A stretch of DNA of 64,000 nucleotides from Octopus sinensis (taxonomy: Eukaryota), in the NCBI RefSeq assembly GCF_006345805.1, contig NC_043012.1:32178001-32242000 (forward strand), written 5' to 3'. Shown one piece after another: positions 25,957 to 38,371 of the stretch; position 1 is the first letter of the stretch, and every line of letters begins with the position of its first letter. Under the pieces are notes generated by a model, which saw nothing but the letters and a program-made list of their open reading frames with translations, did no database searches and had not been told where the DNA came from. The position numbers were made by a program, and so were the translations under genes.

Positions 25957-26288
25957 TACGGAGATGTACTTGCATAGCGAGTGACTTGATCTGAGATCGT
26001 GCGCTGGAATGAAAGCAATTGCAACGTGGAAGGTGTTTATAAGCCATTTAAGAAACACACAAAAACCGTTAAATTCACTTCGACATTTAAATTTAATTTG
26101 TCAAAATATTTTCGCTTTGAGATCTCGACCTGTCCACTGACAAAACTTTGTGCTGCATCAGAGTTTTGTCAGTGAATAGGTCGCGGTCTCAAAGCGACAA
26201 AAGTATTTTGACAAATTAAATTTAAATGTTGAAATGAATCTAATGGTTTTGTGTGTTTCTTAAATGGCTTATAAACACCTTCCTTGCT
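25957..26288. mobile_element. Fold-back element (inverted arms within 26028-26283) flanked by a 13-bp direct repeat
   Basis: Long hairpin with a short central loop. gaaattttatctt occurs at 25944-25956 and 26289-26301. Confidence 0.7.
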
Positions 26289-26983
26289 GAAATTTTATCT
26301 TATCATCTAGCAACTCTCTTCCATAATACACACAATAGGTCACCCGTTGAGTCTGTTTATAATCTCACATTAACAATACATAGGATGGGTCAGTTATCTA
26401 TCAACTTTGTAATTTCATATTAACCAGGATAGGCCCATAGTTGCTCACTTCAAACATTGAACTTTTGAATTCCATGTCATTGACACATGTTAATTTCTAT
26501 TCAGCTTCATAGAAAGCAAATTGACTCATGCTATTTACTTATCTATAAATTGTCCAACCCATGCCAGCATGGAAAAACGGATGTTAAATGACAATGGTGA
26601 TGATGTTATTGTACCTTTTAGCATTCAGATTATTTTATCAAATATAATCCTTATTCATTCACATTGTTTTGAATTAATCATGCATTATCTCATAGCTTCG
26701 AGATTTTGATGATGTGATCATTTATTGTTTAGAATGACATTGTAGGGTAAGTGTGATAGGCTAGATCTGTCCAATTTCATCTTAAAACTGGTAGAATATT
26801 TGAGCCAGTAATGGCCGGCTTAAATACTAAAAGGTTAATCATGTTTTCAACTTGAGAAATAAAAAGAAATGACAGGGGGTGGGGAGGCTTTTGAAACTGT
26901 CATTTGTTAATGAAATTGTTATATGAATCACGTGGTTTTTTGTGATTTTTTTTTTTAATTATAATACTTTCTTGTCTTTACAG

Positions 26984-27040
26984 TTAGCATTAAAATTTCA
27001 CCCAGATAAAAATTTAGATGATCCTAATGCAGCAGACAAA
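26984..27040 (+). CDS. DNAJC5: CSP exon: LALKFHPDKNLDDPNAADK (HPD motif)
   Basis: tttacAG acceptor, GTgagt donor, 57 nt, phase 0-0. Contains the canonical J-domain HPD tripeptide and continues the previous exon in frame. Confidence 0.95.
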
Positions 27041-27308
27041 GTGAGTTATCAAACATTTCTATTGTAAAGATAATTGAACATTTATTTCTGTACATTTCAT
27101 TATTTACTAAATGCTTTTGTTTCTGTTAAATAAAAATTCCAACTGATAAAGTGAAAAAATATCTAATAAGTGAATCACATTGATTTTTAAATTTCTGTTT
27201 TTATTAATTTTGTTGAAGCAAATATCTAAAATTATCTTGGTATGTTGCTGGAGAGAGAGAGAGAGAATCATTTTTTCATTTCATTTCATCTAGTTTCAGC
27301 AAGGTTTA

Positions 27309-27766
27309 TGTTATCAGAAGAATATCGTCTTCTTCCATCATCTTTTTGTTCTTCTTGTAGTTCAGGCTTCCAGCAGCCGAATAGAAAAGACTTCAAGTAC
27401 AAATGCTATTTACAACAGGTTTATTTACAGGCTTCACAGGACAGGTGAAGTGTGCTGCTCTCAGCTACCATCTTCAGCTGTGTACATTGTGTAGTAGCTC
27501 TGTTAGTGCAGGAGCATTGCCTCTGGAGATACAACATATAGACAGCTCCAGCCAGTGGTGGTGTTCAGCCAGCGCTGCTGAAAGGTGGCACCAAAAGGAG
27601 AGCGATTTGAATCGGGTTTTCCCTTTATATAGTTTTCCATCACGAGCCTCGTTGTGATCTCATGCATGGCAAATGGATGCAGGTGAGGTCTCACTCCAGT
27701 CTCAGAGATGGCAATAGCTGCCGCAAGATCTCATCCAATATGGCGCTGACTGCTTGTGTCGCTACA
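27309..27766 (-). mobile_element. Solo-LTR-like segment, antisense in a CSP intron
   Basis: TGT...ACA termini, higher GC than flanks, and minus-strand TATATAAA (27624-27631) then AATAAA (27420-27425). No clean TSD found. Confidence 0.45.
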
Positions 27767-27783
27767 AACTAATAATCATTTAA

Positions 27784-27994
27784 CCCTTTCGTTACCAAAC
27801 CGGCGCTGGCTCTTTAGTATAAATGTCTTGTTTTCATAAGTTTTGAATTCAAATCTTCCACCAAATCTTAGTCACAATTTATGTTCCTAACACTAGCTTA
27901 ATGATAACTAAGTTATTTTACTAAATTCTTTGTTATATTTAAAGTAATTGACAGAAACACAGAACATCTCAAAATAAATACAGTAATGAAAGGG
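27784..27994 (+). mobile_element. piggyBac-like MITE (family P1); third copy ~39910-40136
   Basis: TTAA-CCCTTTC...GAAAGGG-TTAA. Confidence 0.8.
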
Positions 27995-28596
27995 TTAAGA
28001 GAGTTGCTAGGGATGGCATTTATGTTGTACCACACTTGTCTGGTGATATTTGCCACAAATCAACATCTGCAAAGTCAGCTTCTGCTTTGCTTAGCCAAGG
28101 ACAAAGTGGGTTTCGCTGCAACTTCATTGGATTGTCAGAGTTCAAGGTTATAGCAATTGCTATCAATCATAAGGTTGTGTTTAAATGATTTTTTTTTTTC
28201 TTTAAAAAAACATCTGCCTCATCTAGAACATTCACATAATTTACCTAGAGATCATAGGTAGAAATGCAAATAAATAAACACTATAAAGAATTTTTTTTAG
28301 TGAATTTATTTTTTTCATTCATTCATTCTCTCTCTCTCTCTCTCCTAAGAAATTTAAGAATGATGTCTCCAAACATAAAAATATTACATCAATTTATTAT
28401 ACTTAATTTGCTGAAGATTCTAAAATGGGGAAAAAAACTTATCTGGCATTAATGTTCATCCTGTCCCAGTTTTAACAGAATGAAAAACAACAGCACGAGG
28501 ATATAATTATATTGTAACAGAATTTAAACATTTAATTTTTTAAATGGTTTATCAGTAGTCCTTAACTTGGTTGAACATTGTACCTTAAAGTAACTA

Positions 28597-29821
28597 CCTT
28601 AAAAACCCATGTAATTTACACACTTTTTTCGCAAAAATAAAAATAAACTTTAGTGGGTGCATATATTACATGAGTAGATCGTTTCCAGAATTTTTTTTGG
28701 AAATTGTTTTTGTTGAAAAAACACATACAAAACATAAACTTTCGTACCGGAAGTTGACCCGTTTAATGTCAGAATAGGTTTTTACAGAAAAAAATAATGG
28801 CTTAAATATAATGAAGTTGACTTTTATTTATGCTGGATGGTACGATACTTCCTTTTTCTGTTTAAATTTACTAAAGCCATTAAATGGTTAACTAGTTTTT
28901 GGAGTCTGATGGTCCAGGCCATATTTTACATTGCTTGGAGTTTCTACCTATCGCAATGGAGCACCGTTGACATACATGGTGATATGGATATTCCTGACTG
29001 AAAAAATGTAATGATATGCAGAATCTTGATTGTATGTTTGTTTTTTTTTTTTGGCTGTTTTTTTTTTTTGGCTGTTTATTACTTGGCACAGTTTTAAGTT
29101 TGTTGCACTGTTTGTGCCAATTTCTAACATCGGCTTCATTAACATTAAAATGCCTTCCATCATTTCTATTGCCACATTCAAATACATATTCAACATATTT
29201 AATTTCTACTTCACAGTAAACGATTCATAAGTTCTGCTCATGCTGACAATAACAGTAATGACAAATTTTAAAGTTTGCTTGACATTTTATAAGTGTGAAA
29301 GGGATTAAAATTTCAATACTCCATATCAAAGGTTCCGACAAGAATAGGCAGAAAAGAATTCTGTTTACATAATCAGTTAGATCAGTCACCTTCCTCTGTC
29401 GGTTGAGTAAAGTGTCATCTAAGCTGATGTTTATTGGTAACTAAACTTAATTTGCAATACCTGTGCATATTTATCAGCTTTGTTTTTGTTGGTAATTCTT
29501 ATCAACAACTTTTCCTGTGATTGTGATTTGAAAAGAAATACAGCAGTATGCTAAAGATTGGACATAATCTTTTGTGGGCAAGAAATGTAAAATAAAGTTT
29601 ATGATAAACAGCACAAACACTTTGTGATTTAATAGCATTCAATGTGATACCTGTTAAACAGAAATTATTTTTATTTAATGAAAATTTAATAAAATCTAAT
29701 CATAAGTGAAATTATGCTATGCTAAATACAACTAAAAGGTAGAAGCTTTTTTTAACAAATTTTATCCTGAAAATCACCTGCATAAATTACACAAGTGCGC
29801 AAATTACATGGGTTTTTATGG
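28597..29821 (-). mobile_element. pogo-like DNA transposon deletion derivative
   Basis: TIRs cc(t)taaaaacccatgtaatt / aattacatgggtttttatgg. Minus strand has frameshifted ..VEYVFECGNRNDGRHFNVNEADVRNWHKQ.., resembling the pogo N-terminal Brinker-type DNA-binding domain. Confidence 0.7.
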
Positions 29822-29957
29822 CATTCATTGTGTTGCTGTGTATTTTATTTATATATTTTATGAATATATAAACTAAAAGCTATAGAGTAATAAATAGTGA
29901 ATTATTTCTAAATTTTATGAATGGTTTCTTCAAGATAATCTCAATTTTATTTTTCAG

Positions 29958-30110
29958 TTTAAAGATATTAACCATGCACACTCTGTCCTTTGTGATAGTT
30001 CAAAACGACGAATATATGACCAGTATGGGTCTCTTGGGCTGTATGCAGCAGAGACCGTGGGAGAAGAAAATGTTAGCTTCTATTTTCTGTTAAATAGTCG
30101 ATGGGCAAAG
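29958..30110 (+). CDS. DNAJC5: CSP exon: [51 protein letters not shown]
   Basis: ttttcAG acceptor, GTaaga donor, 153 nt, phase 0-0. [16 protein letters not shown] is the CSP-specific linker. Confidence 0.95.
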
Positions 30111-30587
30111 GTAAGAGTTTCTTTTATTCAATCCTATTTAAAAGCAAATTCCACATTTACATGACATTTGACACAACTTGATGAAAATTATTGTGTCCTG
30201 AAAGTGAAATATTAAACTTCATAATAATAATTGCATGTAACATAGGCAAAGAAGTTTGGAGGAGTGGCATTCTGGTATGTTCTGCTGCCAGCCCAGGCTT
30301 CACTACTCATCAGACCGAAAAGAGCGAACTGTTAAAGTATTGGCTACTCTCTGATAGGTTTGTAGTCAAGCTTGTAGCAATGGAGACCTCTGACGTTCTT
30401 GGCCCCCAGAATACATCCTTGCTCACTGCTATAAGGGTACAGATTGCTCTCCACAAGTGCAAGACCTGTGAGCCAGAGTGACTGTTCCAACATGTCTCTT
30501 TTGCCATCCCCCAAAGCAACACCACCTCCATTTTGTCTGCCAAGTATGTCAGCCTTTATAACAACAAACAAATACAATTGATAATTT

Positions 30588-30968
30588 TTGCTTCAGTCAT
30601 TTGACTGTGGCCATGCTGGAGCACCGCCTCTAGTCGAGCAAATCGGCCCCAGGACTTATTCTTTGTAAGCCTAGTACTTATTCTATCGGTCTCTTTTGCC
30701 GAACTGCTAAGTTACGGGGACTTAAACACACCAGAATTGGTTGTCAAGCGATGTAGGAGGGACAAATACAAACACACACACACACACATATGTACATATG
30801 TGCGACAGGCTTCTCTCAGTTTCCGTCTACCAAATCCACTCACAAGGCTTTGGTTGGCCCGAGGCTATAGTAGAAGACACTTGCCCAGTGTGCCACGCAG
30901 TGGGACTGAACCCGGAACCATGTAGTTGGTAAGCATGCTACTTACCACACAGTCACTCATGCGCCTAC
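30588..30968 (-). mobile_element. SINE family B, full length
   Basis: Both halves plus central (CA)n. Confidence 0.85.
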
Positions 30969-31207
30969 ATATCTTTTTAATTGTTTAATTAATTTGAATT
31001 GTATTTGTTTGTTGTTATAAAGGCTGACATACTTGTATTGATAAAATTGATAAAGTGAGCCTTACCTTACAAAAAGTAAATAAAAACAATGATAAAAAAA
31101 TTGTTTAAAAATGTTAAAAAAAGAAGAAAAGCTTGTGTATGAGAGTGAAGAAGAATATTTAAGGCAGCCGTATATTTTTACACTAATAAAACCAATATAG
31201 TATTACA

Positions 31208-31781
31208 TTGAGTAATCCTTCTTTGGACACTAAACTCTGCTTGCGAAGACTTGTTGAAGCAAGTAAAATCAAAGTAAAATTCGATGACAGGCACGAGCAC
31301 CATACGAGCGTGATCGTTGACAGAGCGGCTAACCAGCTTCCGTGCCAGTGGCACATAAAAGGCACCATTCGAGTGTGATCATTACCAGCTTCGCTTTACT
31401 GGCACTTGTGCCCCATGCTAGTAGGGTGCTAAGACCACCATCCGATCGTGATTGTTGCCAGAGCAGCTGACTGGCTTCTGTGCCGGTGGCATGTAAGAAG
31501 CACCATTCGAGCGGGATCGTTACCAGCATCGCCTTACTGGCACCTGTAAAAAGATTCGAGCGAGGTCGTTGCCAGTACAGCCTGACTGGCCCCCATGCCG
31601 GTGGCACGTAAAAAGCACCCACTACACTCTCAGAGTGGTTGGCGTTAGGAATGGCATCCAGCTGTAGAAACTCTGCCAGATCAAGATTGAAGCCTGGTGC
31701 AGCCATCTGGTTTGCCAGCCCTCAGTCAAACAGTCCAACCCATGCCAGCATAGAAAGAGGACGTTAAACAATGATGATGAT
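31208..31781 (+). mobile_element. RTE 3'UTR (family C) with long hairpin array
   Basis: ttggacactaaactctgcttgcgaagac start as at 7490, array units, tail ending (GAT)n. Ends ~190 nt before the cysteine-string exon. Confidence 0.85.
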
Positions 31782-31973
31782 TGAGTGAGTATTAAAATAA
31801 AAGTTGTTTTATATAAATCATCAGAAAATAACTGGATTAAGGTTTTTTCCTGTTCTATATTCTTCCCTACATGTTAGCATATCAGTTTTATGTAACACCT
31901 ATTATAAAGTGCTCTCTTTTACCTTTTATATTAATTAAAATCTGTATTAATTACTGTTTCATTACTTTTCTAG

Positions 31974-32105
31974 GCCTTGTTTTGTTTCTGTGGATTGATA
32001 ACGGGTTGTTACTTCTGCTTGTGTTGTTGCTGTTGTTGCAACTTTTGTTGTGGAAAATTTCGGCCACAAATGGATCAAGAAGATATGGATTATTCATTCC
32101 TACAT
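31974..32105 (+). CDS. DNAJC5: CSP exon: cysteine string ALFCFCGLITGCYFCLCCCCCCNFCCGKFRPQMDQEDMDYSFLH
   Basis: ttttctAG acceptor, GTaagt donor, 132 nt, phase 0-0. 12 Cys with the CCCCCCNFCCGK motif typical of CSP. Confidence 0.95.
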
Positions 32106-33599
32106 GTAAGTATTTCATTTCAATTACAATTCCGTCTTTATTCTATTTTAAATTTTAATGGTTACATTATTTTAATTATTCTAACTCTGATATAATTTCG
32201 TTTTTATTTCTAACATTTTTGCTTCTTGAAAATAATTGTTTGTTTTTTTTTTATATAAAACATAGCTTCTTAAAACGCAACAAATTAGATGACTTAGTCT
32301 GTGTTTCTTTCTAACATTTCCAAATTAATGCTTTCTCTTTGTAGATCAAGTTTACCTGAATGAGTGCTCTTTCTCATTGAGTAAAAGAATTCTAAAGAGG
32401 GCTTGGGGTTTAGTTTAGGGGTACTTTGAGCCAAAGCATGCTTCTTTTACCATAATACTTGTCATCATTTGACTTTAACTCCAACAATTATTCTCTTATT
32501 GACCCATTACTTTTATATTCTTGAGCAATATATTTCTTATCATGTAACCTACCATGATGATCATTAATTATCAAGAGTACCAATAATAAATGGTATTTCT
32601 TCTTGTAAGCTTTCTGCAGCAGCAATGTTTTGGGCAATCAGATTTCAAAAGAAAAAAATTTTATTAATTAGCTTGGTGGTCAGAGAGTAAAAAAGCAACA
32701 GGATTGATTCTAGATTGCAAGATTTAAATTCTTTTGTTTACTTTGCCCAAATTATTTCTTTTCTCTTTTTTTTTCTTTTTACTGTCTTCTCTATTTCTTT
32801 TAGACTTTCAGATGTTTATTGATTTATTTTTTCTTCTATATTCTTTCTTAATTCTTTGTTTTCTACAAAAGGCTGACCTTTCAACTTTCTTGATTTCTTT
32901 TTTTTATATACTTTTTTTCTCTTGACATTTCACCATAACTGATTCCTCTCCTGTCCAATCCCTTCCTTTGTCTCTGTAGAATTGATAGTTCTACACTGTT
33001 GGGTACACAACATATGGCAGGGTGTGTGCTACATTATTATTTCTTCTGTTTATCTAATATATTCCTGGCTGGAGGCAAAGACAAAAATAACAACAATGGT
33101 TCACAAAGTAGCTCCCACCTACAATTTTTTTTTGTTTTTTCCTTGCTCATGTGGCTCTGGTTTTAAGATTTGTGTGGAGCTCTACTCTTCCACAGATCTC
33201 CAGTCTTAAAGCTAAAATAATTGAGATGTTTTCTTCATAATTAGAGCATTTTAGTGTGTTACAAATGTTAGTTTTCCATTAAAGTAACAGAAATTCAAGT
33301 TATAACAATAAAATTTTAGAAACTTGTGTGCAAATTATTGTTAGCCATTTCAAATTCCCTGTTATTATCATCTATCGTAACAGACTGTTATTTCCAGTTA
33401 TGCTCAATTGTAAAAAGCAAACTAAATGAAATGTAGAGCAACAAGGACGGTAGGGGTGAAAAGGTTTAGGAATCACTATTGTAAACTTTTTATAATTTGA
33501 ATTTTTTTTATCTTGTCTCTTAGATGCATCTAACTTTCTTAATCTGTTTTCATTGATAATTTGAAAATTTATACAGGGATAATTTGTCTTACAAATTAT

Positions 33600-34150
33600 T
33601 GGTGCTTATGTTCACCTCTTACCAAATATCTCATTTCCATTTACTTTATTCCTTTTACATTGTTCAACAAATGTTTAAGGTAGTAAGTGTATACATAACT
33701 TTATCTAATTATCTTTTTAAGAATGTGTGAGGATGTTGTGTATATGCAGCATTTAATAATTTGAAACATTAAATGCTTGGGGATTGTTAAGCATTACGGC
33801 ATTTCTGTATTGTCTTGGTAAGGGGACCAGTGTAACTATTAAGAGTAACCACAATCTTCACTCTGGTTATTTTCGATATACTTGAGAAAAACGAAGTGAA
33901 CTATGGTTGTTGTATATAGTTAAGCATTCTGAGTTGGGTTAATTTGAAAGCTTATAAAAGAATAATTGGAAACTCTGTAGTTTAGAGTGGTAATCTGAAG
34001 ATAGATATAATTTGTTTTATAGAAAGAGCTTGGAAGACAGATATGTGACTACTAGCATGTATAAATAGAATATGTAATTGGAAAGTTGTTTGAAGAAGTA
34101 GAGTGTCTAGTTGGATGCTGGGATAAAAAGTTTATAAAGTACAATGTATA
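33600..34150 (-). mobile_element. Highly degraded CR1/Jockey-like RT remnant
   Basis: Weak motif-level resemblance only, with many stops. Confidence 0.3.
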
Positions 34151-34287
34151 GTGTTGTTTTCAGAGCTCAGAACCCGCTCAATTTATCAATTCTTAACTTT
34201 ATGCAAACTTGAAAATTCTAGAAATTTAGTTAAGTATAACTATTAAAAATTTTATCAACCATATGTTAATTAGTTGTTCTACTCTTC

Positions 34288-34504
34288 CTCAGCTGTAGAA
34301 ATGAGTTGCGACGTCACTGGTGCCAAGCTGTATCGACCTTTGTCTTTCCCTTGGATAACACTGGTGGCGTGGAGAGGGGAGGCTGGTATGCATGGGCGAC
34401 TGCTGGTCTTCCATAAACAACCTTGCCCGGACTTGTGTCTAGGAGGGTAACTTTCTAGGTGCAATCCCATGGTCATTCATGACCGAAGGGGGTCTTTACC
34501 CTTT
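34288..34504 (+). mobile_element. Young SINE (family F), 5'-truncated
   Basis: TSD tactcttc at 34280-34287 and 34505-34512. Differs from 39188-39402 at only one position I could see. Confidence 0.8.
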
Positions 34505-34664
34505 TACTCTTCCTTGGGCTGGACTTAAGTTACTTAATAGAATGTCAGTGTGGCTGCTGCCATCTTCTCCTTCATCCTGATGTTCTGCTGGATCAAGAGA
34601 GAGGGAGAGAGATGTTTAAGGTTTACCCATAATTAATTACATAAGCACCTAAGACAACTAGTGA

Positions 34665-34860
34665 AAACACTCACTCACACACTCATTCACTCACACACGC
34701 ATTCACTCACTCACTACTCACTCCTTCATTCCACACACCCTCACTCCACACTCACTCACTCCACATTCACTCCACATACACTCACTCACTCACTCCACAC
34801 ACTCACTCACTCACTCCTCACTCATTCACTCTTCACTCACTCAGTCCTCACTCACTCCCT
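34665..34860. repeat. Degenerate (CACT)n microsatellite
   Basis: Seen directly. Confidence 0.9.
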
Positions 34861-36669
34861 AGTGGGAAGCATTGTAACCTTATACGTCATGAAAACAGGA
34901 TTAATCTCCACTCATGAGTCGTAGGACTCGTGACAAATCCAAGTTATTACCAATTCTGAAGGTTAAAGTAGGGATTTCGTGAACAACTATTAGTTAATAA
35001 ATATCAAAATAGTATGAAAAAGATAGAGAAATTTTCATGGAGCCATTATCATTATCACATGCTAATTTCTTAGAATAGGGATAGGACGAGGTTTTTTTAA
35101 TTTTGCTAATGAGTAGGTTATTCAACTTATATTCATATATGTTTCTGAACCAGTTCTTGAGTATCAACTCACTCATTAAACATTAATGGATTTCCTCTTG
35201 CTGTTCCCACCCAAAACTTATTGCATAAAGAACTAAATTAGACTATGGGTGAGAATACAGTCATGTACATTAACAAGTACTTGACTGGTAACTTTATTCT
35301 ATTGGCTGATACTTTGTATAATGAAAGCAAACTTGATTTTGGCTAGGTTTGAGTTCAGAACCTCAGAGGCCATAGCTAAGTACAGCAAGACATTTGACAT
35401 TTGTATGGCATTCAAATGATTCTTCCAATTACTGCCGATAAAGGAATTATAAGAATATACTTACACCTTTATGATTTTCATTCTCTTATTCTGAAGAGGT
35501 ATCTACTGTAACAGTCATAATATTTCAAAGAATGTGATCAGTGAGAATCTCAATTATTTAGTTCCTTATTTCACAACTCTCCTTCAAGTACCTTCCATAA
35601 AAGAATAGAAGGAAAATAAAAATAAATAAAAGCAGATTATTATTCCAAGGTGGTGGGGGGGGGGCAACTCTATCAGTTGGGGTTTTTTGGGTTTTTTATT
35701 ATAGAGATTTCAGTGTATTTAGCATTCAGTTTACAAATTAAAAGCAAATTATTTTCTTAGAAATTCAAGTATTTTATAATTTGCTTTACTGGTATATTTT
35801 GCACTTGTGACCAAAATTATACTCCTTTCTTCAATTTGGAAATTGGAATATATATATATATATATATATTCTATGAAAGTTTCATTATGATTATCAATGC
35901 CATCAATGGGTACTTCAAGGACATTTTCTTTCACTAAAGTACATTGCACTTACTACATTTCTTCATCTTTAACAAACATTCTTTTGTGATCCACCTATTT
36001 CAAACAGTGCCTTACTCAAGTTGATTGAATTTCTTACTCTTTATTTCTTATAACTTAACTGCCTCTTATTATTTAACAACTGAGTCTCTCTTCTTTACCA
36101 ATGACACATTTGTGAAGAATATCTTTCATTTTTGGATATGGTTTCATGAGTGCAGAATTTCATTTTTATTTCTTTTGTTCTTTGCAGTGTTTTTTTCTTT
36201 TTATTCTATTTTTTCTTTGTCTAATTTAAATATTTAAAACATCTGCATTTCTTGAAGCATACAAAGCTAATTGAGGAGATAATTATTGTTATTTAATTAT
36301 CTCTATTGCTGTGCTACAGAATAAATCTGCAGATTTGAGACAGACTGCATGTGTAAACTAGTTAAATTTAAGTGCACCAGACAGTTGTAAATGGCTGTCT
36401 TTGTTTATACAATTTTACTGATGATAGAAAAAGGTGGGTCACCTGGATTATAGTTTTGATTATCATTATTATTTCATGAGTAACCATTTACCTTACTTGA
36501 AACTGTAGTCCAGCTATCTCTTCTCTGTCTCCATGGGGAATTTGAATAAAGACTGCACAGCAACTTGGGCAAGTGTCCTCTACTATAGCCCCAGGCCAAT
36601 CAAAAACTTGTCAGTGGATTTGGTCGGTGGAAACTGAAAGGAAGCTCATTGTGTATGTGGATGTGTGGA

Positions 36670-36912
36670 TGTTTGTATCCCCATGTCTTGACATGATGTG
36701 ATAGTTGTAAATGCGCATCATCCATAGAAGTAGTGTCAGGGATTTCCAAGAGTCTGCAAAGACATGCCTGGCCATGGGAAAATATTACTTTGCTTTGAAA
36801 CAAGTGTAGATTGGCAACAGAAAAAGCACCTGATTGTCGGAAACATGCCTCAAATTCCGTCTGACCCAAGCAAGCATGGAAAAGTGAATGTTAGAGTGAT
36901 TATGATGATGAT
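36670..36912 (+). mobile_element. SINE/LINE-tail family D ending (GAT)n; relatives 18358-18560(-), 49330-49560(-), 55030-55272(+)
   Basis: Shared ..ggccatgggaaaatattac..ttggcaacagga..ctgacccatgcaagcatggaaaag..gatgat motif chain. Confidence 0.65.
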
Positions 36913-38140
36913 ACTTTTATGACTGTCCACTGCATTTAATTGATTTTAGTTTACACAGACAGTATTGGTGGAAATTTATAGGTTTCTTCTGTTGTAAATT
37001 CATAAAAGAAAACAAACACTGCTAACACATCATTCATTATTTTTTTTATGTCTGTCTTTCTCTCATCCTATATTCTGAGAGTTTTGTAAATCCTCAATCT
37101 AATTTTGGAGAATTTCCTTTGAAAATTTGTGGCTTTAATAACTTGATCCAAGTAAATCACCCTATCTTGACAGTAAGCCCTCCAAAAAAAAAAAAAAAAG
37201 CAACATCAGTACAGAGCAGCTTATACCACTATAAAAACACTAATTCTTTTTGAGACACTTTACAAACTTCAGTCCCATTTTGGCTAAATCCACCATATTT
37301 TACTTATTCACAATCCACTCCTTATTCTTCTCTCTCTCCCCCTATTTTTAACTCCTCTTTGCTGTCTAAGCCACACCCTATATTCTTGAAAGTTAGATAG
37401 AATTCACACTCCTTATCATACACTATTTTCATCTGAACTTCCAATCACTCTGGTTCAAAATATCCATCTATCTCTGCCACTTTCTGAATTTTTCCAACTA
37501 CTAACAACTGTTCAACTGTCTCTTGTTCTGCATGAGAATCTCTATCTTACATCACTGCTCTCTGAAGGAACATCATCCATGACTTGCCTATTCAGAACTC
37601 CTTTTTGCTCTTGCACTGATTCTGATGATATGGAAGCCTAATCTTATGCCATTCTTATTTCTCTAAAACAATTAGTATCATTACAACCCCTTATCCCCAT
37701 CAATACAGTCACACCAAACACTTTTAACCATCCTCACCTCCAAAGCCAGCTTTTTAGCTTCTTCAGTATTTCTCCTCTGATAAAACCAGACCTGCTAAAT
37801 ATCTGCTCTCCATCACACATTGGTGGAATTTTGCCTTTAGAACTTTAGCAAAAGCAAGATTGTCGTTGTCGATATATGACTGGTCCATATACGGCCCTTG
37901 GGAATCCACATACGATTTTGTTGTTAAAATTTATGTGCAATAAATTGGTCTCTACTTCTACAATACACAAAATATTTTAACATTTGTTTTATACAATTCC
38001 TAATAATATCTAAGTATTTGGAATTATATAGGATTTTCTTAAACATTGAATGGCTATGGTGGACCAATAGAGAAAAATAGGAATCAAAGGGAGTCCATAG
38101 ACAAAAACTGGTTGAGAACCTGCTAGCTAGGTTGCCTACC

Positions 38141-38371
38141 TATTTCTTTACTACCCACAAGGGGCTAAACACAGAGAGGACAAACAAGGACAGACAAACT
38201 GATTAAGTCGATTACATCGACTCCAGTGCGCAACTGGTACTTAATTTATCGACCCCGGAAGGTTGAAAGGCAAAGTCAACCTTGGCGGAATTTGAACTCA
38301 GATCATAACGGCAGGTGAAATACTGCTAAGCATTTCGCCCAGTGTGCTAATGTTTCTGCCAGCTCGCCACC
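38141..38371 (-). mobile_element. SINE family A
   Basis: 14-bp TSD aggttgcctaccta on both sides. Confidence 0.85.

Noticed and set aside
34288-34320. Shared precise 5' end of the SINE F copies (possible 5' ribozyme)
   Set aside because: The second copy extends ~30 nt further 5', so the ends are ordinary truncations.
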